This document shows positions 10,040 to 17,223 of a stretch of 64,000 bases of DNA, piece by piece. Positions within the stretch are counted from its first letter, which is position 1. Each line of letters opens with the position of its first letter. Location: positions 1,792,001 through 1,856,000 of the forward strand of contig CBDCWG010000012.1 in the NCBI GenBank assembly GCA_965223345.1, read 5' to 3'. The notes under the pieces were generated by a model. It saw only the letters and a list, made by a program, of their open reading frames with translations. It ran no database searches and was not told where the DNA came from. The translations under genes were made by a program, and so were the position numbers. This stretch comes from Nitrospinales bacterium. Lineage in GTDB: Bacteria; Nitrospinota; Nitrospinia; Nitrospinales; VA-1.

Positions 10040-10299
10040 TCCCTCACCCAGCCCCTTCATCCTTCGACAGGCTCAGGATGACACGGGGACTGCCCTCTCC
10101 CTCCAGGGGAGGTCAAGCAAAGCTTGACGACCTTCCTTATAAGTCCTTTTAATGAGGGAGTGCGGGACTTGCTCCCGCCACCCGCTTATCAAAAACTGAA
10201 GGTAGCTTGAAGGATTTTCTTTCTTTCTTTGCGTCTTTGCGCGAGGCCCGCTTTTATCCTGCCTTGATCCTGTCAATCCCGTCCAATGCTTTTTCTTTT
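10040..10299. repeat. REP/MITE-like repeat mosaic, right copy (inverted relative to 7546-7772)
   Basis: Same blocks in reverse complement, plus CCCTCACCCAGCCC, CCCTCTCCC and TCATCCTTCGACAGGCTCAGGATGAC. Confidence 0.75.
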
Positions 10300-10306
10300 A
10301 CGTTCT

Positions 10307-11761
10307 TCAAAGCTCCGGGCTTTGGGTATGAAACCCCGTTTTCTGCTGGAAGGCGTGACCGGCGGCGAGCAGGGTTTCCTCGTCGAAGTGGCGGCCCATG
10401 AGCTGGAAGCCGATGGGCAGTTTCTTCTCTTGCGAAAAGCCGCAGGGCAGGGCGAGGCCGGGGATGCCGGCGAGATTGGCGGAGATGGTGTAGATGTCGG
10501 ACAGGTACATCTGTAAGGGATCGTCGAGCTTCTCGCCCAGCTTGAACGCCGGCACCGGGCACACGGGGGCGGCGATCAGGTCGCTCTGTTTGTAGGCTTC
10601 CTCGAAATCGTGCTTGATCAGCGTGCGCACTTTCTGTCCCTTGAGATAATACGCGTCGTAGTAGCCCGAGCTGAGCACGAAGGTGCCGAGCATGATGCGG
10701 CGCTTCACTTCCTCCCCGAACCCTTCTTCCCGCGTGTTCATGTACATTTCCATGAGGTTCGCCGACTGTTCGGAGCGGTAGCCGTACTTCACGCCGTCGT
10801 AGCGCGACAGGTTGGTGCTGGCTTCGGCGCAGGCCAGGATGTAATAGGTGGCCACGGCGTACTGCGTGTGCGGCAACGACACTTCGACGCGCTGCATGCC
10901 GAGCGATTCCAGAGTCTGGATGGCCTGCTCGACCGCTTGCGCCACATCGGGCGCGAGCCCGCCTGCGAAATATTCTTTGGGCACGCCGATCTTGAGGCCG
11001 CTCACGTCTTTATCCAGCGCCTGCATGAAATCGGGCTTCGGCACTTCGGCGGAGGTGGAGTCGCGCGGGTCGTGCCCGGCGATCACGTTCATCAAGAGCG
11101 CCGCATCGGCGACGGTCTTGGTCATCGGGCCGATCTGATCGAGCGAGGAGGCGAAGGCCACCAGGCCGAAGCGCGACACGCGGCCGTAGGTCGGTTTGAG
11201 TCCGGTGACGCCGCAGAACCCCGCAGGCTGACGGATCGAGCCGCCGGTGTCGCTGCCCAGCGCCGCCAGGCATTCGTGCGCGGCCACCGCGGCCGCCGAG
11301 CCGCCGCTGGAGCCGCCGGGAACGTGCTCGGGGTTCCAGGGGTTGGCGGTCTTGTGGTGCCAGGCGTTCTCGTTGGAGGAGCCCATGGCGAACTCGTCCA
11401 TGTTGGTTTTGCCGACGATCACGGCGCCCGCCGCTTTCAGGCGCGCTGTCACGGTGGCGTCGTAGGGGGAGACGAAGTTGTCGAGGATTTTCGAGGCGCA
11501 GGTGGTGCGTGCGCCCTGCATGCAGATCAGGTCCTTGAGCGCGATGGGCACGCCGAGCAGCGGCGCGTCCTCACCGGCGGCGATCCTGCGGTCGGCTTGT
11601 TTCGCTTGCTCAAGCGCCAGATCGCGCGTCAGGTGCACGTAGGCCTGCACGGTTTTCTCCACCGCGTCGATGCGCTCGAACACGGCGCGCGTCAGGTCTT
11701 CCGAGCTGTAGCGGCGGTTTTTGAGGTCGTCTTTCGCCTGCAAGAGTGTGGCCCGGTGCAT
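10307..11761 (-). CDS. gatA: Asp/Glu-tRNA amidotransferase subunit A
   Basis: Amidase signature [36 protein letters not shown]. Confidence 0.97.
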   Translation of the reverse strand: MHRATLLQAKDDLKNRRYSSEDLTRAVFERIDAVEKTVQAYVHLTRDLALEQAKQADRRIAAGEDAPLLGVPIALKDLICMQGARTTCASKILDNFVSPYDATVTARLKAAGAVIVGKTNMDEFAMGSSNENAWHHKTANPWNPEHVPGGSSGGSAAAVAAHECLAALGSDTGGSIRQPAGFCGVTGLKPTYGRVSRFGLVAFASSLDQIGPMTKTVADAALLMNVIAGHDPRDSTSAEVPKPDFMQALDKDVSGLKIGVPKEYFAGGLAPDVAQAVEQAIQTLESLGMQRVEVSLPHTQYAVATYYILACAEASTNLSRYDGVKYGYRSEQSANLMEMYMNTREEGFGEEVKRRIMLGTFVLSSGYYDAYYLKGQKVRTLIKHDFEEAYKQSDLIAAPVCPVPAFKLGEKLDDPLQMYLSDIYTISANLAGIPGLALPCGFSQEKKLPIGFQLMGRHFDEETLLAAGHAFQQKTGFHTQSPEL

Positions 11762-11762
11762 G

Positions 11763-12047
11763 TCAGATGATCTTGGGGACTTCGTAATGCCGCTTTTTCT
11801 GCGCCGGGGCGAGATCGAGCAGGTCCTGGTTTGGAAAAGCGCCGGGGTCGGGCGCATCTTCGCGGAACACGTTCTTAATGGGGATCACGTGCGAGGTGGG
11901 TTCCACATTATCGGTGTCCAGCTTGTTGAGCTGGTCGATGTAATCGATGATGGTTTCCAGATGGCCGCCGAGCCGCTGCTTTTCCGCATCCGTCAGCTTG
12001 AGCCGGGCCAGGGCGGCGATGTGGTCGATGTCGAATTTTCCGGACAC
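11763..12047 (-). CDS. gatC: Asp/Glu-tRNA amidotransferase subunit C
   Basis: [25 protein letters not shown]; directly upstream of gatA. Confidence 0.95.
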   Translation of the reverse strand: MSGKFDIDHIAALARLKLTDAEKQRLGGHLETIIDYIDQLNKLDTDNVEPTSHVIPIKNVFREDAPDPGAFPNQDLLDLAPAQKKRHYEVPKII

Positions 12048-12110
12048 GCTGTGTCTCCCCAGCCGGGCCGCACCCGGTTTGATATGTGGACGATGTGACG
12101 CAGGGATTGC

Positions 12111-12332
12111 TCAGGATTCCTCGGTTTTGCGTTCCTTCTTGGGCTTCTTCCTCAGCTCCATGTCTTTATCGAATTTGATCAGCCTGCTGGATTTGCGCGT
12201 CAGCCGCTTGTACTTTTTCTTCAGCGCCCGCACTTCCGGGCTGTTTTTCGCGTCCTCGGCCTTTTTGAGCCCTTCCTCCAGAGCCGATTTCGATTTTTCG
12301 ATGTGTTTCTTCAGCTGCTCTACGGTCGCCAT
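12111..12332 (-). CDS. small basic coiled-coil hypothetical protein
   Basis: MATVEQLKKH... Lys-rich, RALKKKYKRLTRK; purine-rich upstream sequence. Confidence 0.6.
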   Translation of the reverse strand: MATVEQLKKHIEKSKSALEEGLKKAEDAKNSPEVRALKKKYKRLTRKSSRLIKFDKDMELRKKPKKERKTEES

Positions 12333-12494
12333 GGGCACCTTTCCTAAAGAGGATTGAAAACTCACCTGTATAGCAGATTTGCCGGCAATCCTCAAGCCCC
12401 CGGGCCCCGCCCGGAGGGAATGGGGCCGGGCTCAAATGGCTTTTGTCCGTTGCTGGGCATGCAGCCGCAGGTTTCAGGCTGCATTCCAGTGCGG

Positions 12495-13079
12495 TTATCG
12501 GGGCGAAACCCAGACCTTGTCCCGCCAGTTGCCGCCCGCGTTGGGGTTGTAGATCATGCCCGTGCCGGTGTTGGGGTTGCGGTGGCTCCAGGAGCCGTCG
12601 CCGTGAAACTCGGTGGTGCCGCCGCCGGGGCTGTTCTGGATGTTGGCCTGGCCCGCGCCGCTGATGCGACCCTGCGGCGGGCTGCCCACGCGCCCCCAAA
12701 GGCCGCTGGCCTCATCCAGCCAGTAGTTGCCGCTGGCCACGGTGAGACCGGTGGAGGTCTCGATATCGCGGATTTCCTGCACGGAGAGCCGCTTGCCGTT
12801 GACGATGACCTCGCGCGTGGCCGGTGTCTTGCCTTTCGGCATCACCGCATTGGCGATGCGGCTCCAGCGCCCGGTGGCGGGGTCCCACCAGTAATCGCCA
12901 CTCTGCACCTGCGTTCCCCGCAGCTTATCGAGCTGCACGATTTCCTCCTGGCTCATGCGCACCCCGTTGATGGAGATGCTGCGCTCATCGGCGAAGGCGC
13001 TGGCCTGGATACATATGAATAGCGCACCCGCACCCGCCAGTGAAACGACGGTTTTTTCCCAGATCGATGTGGTTTTCAT
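12495..13079 (-). CDS. secreted protein with two NG...GxYW repeats
   Basis: GGGGG RBS, signal peptide (AFA-D), internal duplication INGVRMS..SGDYWWD / VNGKRLS..SGNYWLD. Confidence 0.75.
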   Translation of the reverse strand: MKTTSIWEKTVVSLAGAGALFICIQASAFADERSISINGVRMSQEEIVQLDKLRGTQVQSGDYWWDPATGRWSRIANAVMPKGKTPATREVIVNGKRLSVQEIRDIETSTGLTVASGNYWLDEASGLWGRVGSPPQGRISGAGQANIQNSPGGGTTEFHGDGSWSHRNPNTGTGMIYNPNAGGNWRDKVWVSPR

Positions 13080-13195
13080 GGTTTCCCCCTTTGAACTTGA
13101 TTTAAGAATTGTACCCCGACCCGGCAAAATCGCAGGTATTTTTTTGCCGGGCGAGGAAGGCGAAAGCCTTCCATAACCACTTGAATTATTTGTTA

Positions 13196-13789
13196 TTAAA
13201 TTGATTTTTGCGTGGCGGTGGGGCCGGGGAGGGCGTTTTTTATCAGGGGCTGTGCGGCTTCCTTGGCCTGGGCGGCGGACACGGGCGAGCGGTGGATTTT
13301 GGCCATGCTGACCGCCCCTTCGAGAAGCAGCACCAGTTGCTGCGCCAGTCGATCGGGGTTTTGCGCGCCGGCCTCGGCCGCCAGCTTTGTGATGAAGCCG
13401 AAAACCGATTTTTTCGATTCTTTGCAGGTCTGGCGGATGGCCGTGTCGGCTTCCGGGTATTCGCCGGCCGCGCCGACAAACAGGCAGCCGTGAAAGTCGT
13501 CCTGGCGGAACCAGTCTTCGGCGACGTCGAACAGGGCGCTCAAGCGCTGCACGGGGTCGGGGGTCTTGGCCTCCACGGCGCGCATGAAATGGTTGCGGAA
13601 ACGCTCGTCGTAATAGCGCAGCACCGCGAGGATCAGCTCTTCCTTGGATTTGAAGTGGTTGTACAGCGTCTTTTTGGCCACTCCGGACTGTTCCAGGATG
13701 GTGTCGATGCCCACAGCGTGAAAGCCCTGGCGGGCGAACAGCTTCAACGCGGTTTCGATCAATTGTTCCCGTTTCGATGAAGTGGTCAT
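13196..13789 (-). CDS. TetR/AcrR family regulator (NemR-like C-terminal domain)
   Basis: HTH GVAKKTLYNHFKSKEEL; FHGCLF motif. Confidence 0.93.
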   Translation of the reverse strand: MTTSSKREQLIETALKLFARQGFHAVGIDTILEQSGVAKKTLYNHFKSKEELILAVLRYYDERFRNHFMRAVEAKTPDPVQRLSALFDVAEDWFRQDDFHGCLFVGAAGEYPEADTAIRQTCKESKKSVFGFITKLAAEAGAQNPDRLAQQLVLLLEGAVSMAKIHRSPVSAAQAKEAAQPLIKNALPGPTATQKSI

Positions 13790-13811
13790 GGGAGTTCCGT
13801 GGCAGATAGAT

Positions 13812-13829
13812 ATATACAATATTGTATAT
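13812..13829. promoter_or_regulatory. palindromic operator candidate 1
   Basis: Perfect 18-bp palindrome ATATACAATATTGTATAT about 23 nt before the TetR start. Confidence 0.6.
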
Positions 13830-13959
13830 TATTTTTTCGATTTAAAACTGAAAAAAACTTTCAATTAAATTCCCGCATTTTCGCCATTTGTGTAAATAAA
13901 ATAAATAAAAACAATATTATATTGCGTTTTTGCCGCTTTGTAAGGAATCGGGATTTTGG

Positions 13960-13975
13960 TAGACAGATCTGTGTA
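13960..13975. promoter_or_regulatory. palindromic operator candidate 2
   Basis: TAGACAGATCTGTGTA, near-perfect 16-bp palindrome upstream of the YHS gene. Confidence 0.65.
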
Positions 13976-14036
13976 TTTATTTTGTGGGATTCCCACTTTC
14001 ACACAAATCTCATTCACCGAACAAAAGGAGTCAACA

Positions 14037-14510
14037 ATGCAATCCCTGTTTCGCAGCAAAGCCTATGTGTACGCCGTCGCCACCTTTCTCTCAATCGTGA
14101 TGGCGCAGCAGGTGCATGCCCACAGCGCCCACAGCCAGGCCCACGTGGCCATCGGCGGATACGACCCGGTCGCTTATTTTGAAGCCGGCAGGCCCACTCC
14201 CGGCACCGGCCACCACACGGCGACCCACAACGGCGCCACCTACCTGTTTGCCAGCAAGAAAAACCAGGAAACCTTTCAGGCCAATCCGCAGAAATACGCA
14301 CCGCAGTACGGCGGTTTCTGCGCCTACGGCGTTTCCGTCGGCAAGAAGTTCTACTCCGATCCGCAGCGCTGGAAGATCGTTGACGGCAAACTCTATCTGA
14401 ATCTCGACAAGAACATTCAGAAAAAGTTCAACGCCGATGTGGCCGGAGCCATCGCCAAGGCCGACGACCACTGGCAGCGCATCCAGGACAAGGCTCCCTC
14501 CGAGCTGTGA
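14037..14510 (+). CDS. YHS domain-containing protein (Cys form), secreted
   Basis: AIGGYDPVAYF, YLFAS, PQYGGFCAYG, IVDGKLYLN; AAGGAG RBS. Confidence 0.9.
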   Translation: MQSLFRSKAYVYAVATFLSIVMAQQVHAHSAHSQAHVAIGGYDPVAYFEAGRPTPGTGHHTATHNGATYLFASKKNQETFQANPQKYAPQYGGFCAYGVSVGKKFYSDPQRWKIVDGKLYLNLDKNIQKKFNADVAGAIAKADDHWQRIQDKAPSEL

Positions 14511-14635
14511 TCTGAAGAGGCGAAGCCTGCAACCTGTGTCTGGAACCGAAGGGGAGCCGTGGTGGAGTGTAAAACCGCGGCTCCCTTCATACCCTCATCA
14601 TTCAAATCGCTTTTTAAAATCGAAAGGATAGCTCC

Positions 14636-15061
14636 ATGAACACACTGGGAATCAAACTGGCCTGGATGCTCTCGGCCACCTTTTTACTGGCAACGATCAT
14701 CGGCTTCATCCCCAACCCGCTGGTCGGCAGCGGCGCGCTGTTCGAGGCCAACACCGCGCACAACCTGGTGCATCTGGCGACTGCGATCGGTTTTGCCATC
14801 GTCGCCACGATGGGCAACCCCGCCTCCATCCATTTCATGCTGGGCTTCGGGGTGGTTTACCTGCTGGTCGGCGTCGCCGGCTTTTTTGTGACGGGTTTCA
14901 GCTCCGAAGGCATGCTGCTGGGATTCATCCACATCAACGCTCTGGATAACTTCCTGCATCTCGGTCTCGGCGTCGTGATCCTGATCAGCGGCCTGGTGGC
15001 CAAAAGCGCGGCCGATGCGTCTGGCGGCGTCAATGTCAACCCCACGCTGACGGCCCGTTGA
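14636..15061 (+). CDS. DUF4383-like membrane protein
   Basis: NTAHNLVHL and DNFLHL motifs, about four TM segments. Confidence 0.75.
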   Translation: MNTLGIKLAWMLSATFLLATIIGFIPNPLVGSGALFEANTAHNLVHLATAIGFAIVATMGNPASIHFMLGFGVVYLLVGVAGFFVTGFSSEGMLLGFIHINALDNFLHLGLGVVILISGLVAKSAADASGGVNVNPTLTAR

Positions 15062-15097
15062 ACGGACCTTCATCCTGAAAACAGAAAGGAGAATGTC

Positions 15098-15706
15098 ATG
15101 AAAACCAGATTATCCATCCTGTTCCTGCTGGTGCTGGCGGCAGCGGGCACCGTGGTGTGGGCGGGAAACGATGCGATGAAACCGTTTGCGCCCAATGTCG
15201 ATTCGAAAACCGGCGCGATCCACGTGCCTGAGGACTACCGCTTGTGGGCCACGCTCGGCACCTGGTCGCACGCCAAGACCGAAGGCAAACCCGGCGCCAA
15301 GGAATACCACGTCGTCTACACCCAGCCGGAAACGATCGCCTACCATCAAAAGCACGGCCGCTATCCCGACGGGGCGGTGCTGGTGAAGGAGCTGATCGAA
15401 ACCGACACGATGCCGATGACCACGGGCGAGGCGGTGAGCCACGCGACCAAGGTCAAAGGCTGGTTCGTGCTGGTGCGGGACACGCAGGGCCGCTATCAGG
15501 AGTCCAAACTCTGGGGTGACGGCTGGGGCTGGTCGCTGTTCAATGCGGACGACCCCGTCAACACCGTCTCCACCGACTATCAGGCGGATTGCCTCGGCTG
15601 CCACCTGCCGGCGAGGGAGATGGCGCATCCCGATGCGGTGGATGCGGACAAATGGATCTATACGTTCGGCTATCCGGCGTTGCAAAAGTCGCAGCAGGAT
15701 GGATAA
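15098..15706 (+). CDS. cytochrome P460 family protein
   Basis: Signal peptide, PEDYRLW, YPDGAVLVKEL, GWGW, C-terminal CLGCH heme motif. Confidence 0.9.
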   Translation: MKTRLSILFLLVLAAAGTVVWAGNDAMKPFAPNVDSKTGAIHVPEDYRLWATLGTWSHAKTEGKPGAKEYHVVYTQPETIAYHQKHGRYPDGAVLVKELIETDTMPMTTGEAVSHATKVKGWFVLVRDTQGRYQESKLWGDGWGWSLFNADDPVNTVSTDYQADCLGCHLPAREMAHPDAVDADKWIYTFGYPALQKSQQDG

Positions 15707-15785
15707 CGACGCAATGCAGGCGCGGCGGTGCTTCAACGCCCTCCGGAGCATCGCCCGCCTGATTTCAACTGGAAAGGAGCAGACC

Positions 15786-16211
15786 ATGCATACGCTGGGC
15801 ATCAAATCGGCCTGGATGTTTTCCGCGGCCTTCTTATCGGCCACGCTGTTCGGGTTTTTCGCCAACCCGCTGATAGGATCCGAAGGGATTTTTGTCACCA
15901 ACGGCGCGCACGATCTCGTGCATCTGGCCACCGCGGCGGGATTGGGGTTCGCGGCGCACAGGGGCAACCGCGCTGCCGTCAATGTTCTGCTGGGTCTGGG
16001 GATCGTGTACCAGATCACCGGCTTTACCGGGTCCTTTGAAACCGGTTTCAACTCGCAGGGGATGCTGTTGGGGTTCATCCACATCAACGATATGGGCAAT
16101 TACCTGCATCTCGGCGTGGGAATGGCCTTGCTCATCGTCGGTTATGCCGCCAAAATCATCGACGATGCGCCCTGCATCGAGGCCGAGCGGCCGCTGCCTG
16201 TCAGCCGCTGA
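15786..16211 (+). CDS. DUF4383-like membrane protein, paralog of 14636-15061
   Basis: MHTLGIKSAWM vs MNTLGIKLAWM; shared GMLLGFIHIN; AAGGAG RBS. Confidence 0.75.
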   Translation: MHTLGIKSAWMFSAAFLSATLFGFFANPLIGSEGIFVTNGAHDLVHLATAAGLGFAAHRGNRAAVNVLLGLGIVYQITGFTGSFETGFNSQGMLLGFIHINDMGNYLHLGVGMALLIVGYAAKIIDDAPCIEAERPLPVSR

Positions 16212-16250
16212 TCGAGTCGGAAGACGAAATTATATAAAGGAGATCGCACA

Positions 16251-16448
16251 ATGCCGTATGTGAACGTGAAAATCACCAAAGGCGCGACAAAGGAACAGAA
16301 AACCCGGCTGGTGCAGGAAATCACCGCCACCCTGGCCGAGGTGCTCGACAAGAATCCCGAACACACGCACATCGTCATCGACGAAGTGGATGAGGACAAC
16401 TGGGGGTTTTCCGGAGTGCTGACGAGCGAGTACCGCAAGCAGACTTAA
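16251..16448 (+). CDS. 4-oxalocrotonate tautomerase family protein
   Basis: Pro-1 after Met (MPYVNVKIT), EQK..L, DNWGFSG; 65 aa. Confidence 0.92.
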   Translation: MPYVNVKITKGATKEQKTRLVQEITATLAEVLDKNPEHTHIVIDEVDEDNWGFSGVLTSEYRKQT

Positions 16449-16451
16449 CGC

Positions 16452-16859
16452 TTATGCCGTTTTCCGGACTTTGCGGTGCCTTCGGGCGGCGACCCAGTCG
16501 TAGATGCGATCGCGCAGCGGCGCGGGGATTGCGATGAACGCGTAAAGCAACGATTCGAGGCCGCCGAGTGTGCGCAGGGCGCGCAGGATCGCCGTGGATT
16601 TGAAATAAGAGCGGCCGTTCTCCCACAACACGACGCTGTCGAGGTAATCTTTCGGCAGCCGGCTGTCGATCAGAATGCGTTTGCCGGTTTCCGATTGCAG
16701 CGGCGCGAGGGAAAGACGGCCCTTGTTATCGCGAGCGCGGAGGAAGCCCGCCCAGCCGTCGCACAGCCCGCAGCCGCCGTCGTACAGCAGTACCGGTCGT
16801 GCTTTCCTGGATTCCGCAGGCGCGGTCGTTTTGTTTTCATGCGGGCTCATTGTTTCCAC
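16452..16859 (-). CDS. DCC family thiol-disulfide oxidoreductase (DUF393)
   Basis: YDGGCGLC, APLQS, RDRIYDWVA. Confidence 0.9.
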   Translation of the reverse strand: METMSPHENKTTAPAESRKARPVLLYDGGCGLCDGWAGFLRARDNKGRLSLAPLQSETGKRILIDSRLPKDYLDSVVLWENGRSYFKSTAILRALRTLGGLESLLYAFIAIPAPLRDRIYDWVAARRHRKVRKTA

Positions 16860-17223
16860 TTTCCAGAGTGAATCGCTGCGCCCGCTTGCGGGCGTTTTTC
16901 GACTGGGTGGTGTCCTGAAATTCTAATACATATTTCCCTGCCGGGGATGAAAAACGCCCTGCCTGCCGGGGCGGTTTCATTGCCACTCCCACCCATCGCG
17001 CTTTGCCACCTTCCGCCTTCTCACTCAAGATAAATTCCCCTAAAGTTTGGCGCTCGCTTTTTCGTTGAGTTACGCATGGGCGTGAGAAAACTCCTGCCAA
17101 TGAACATGCAGAACTAAACCGAAACTCTGAAAGAATCACTTTAAGTCAGTCCTTTTTTGCGCTCGCTGCCTTTCACGCCGGGTCCTCGACCCGGTTTTTT
17201 CCACACCTTACAAGGATACGATC

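Noticed and set aside
7546..10299. CRISPR array or integron cassette interpretation of the repeats
   Set aside because: No regularly spaced identical repeats, no attC-like sites between the ORFs, no cas or intI gene
10307..12047. gatCA without adjacent gatB
   Set aside because: Split gat operons are common; gatB is probably elsewhere in the genome
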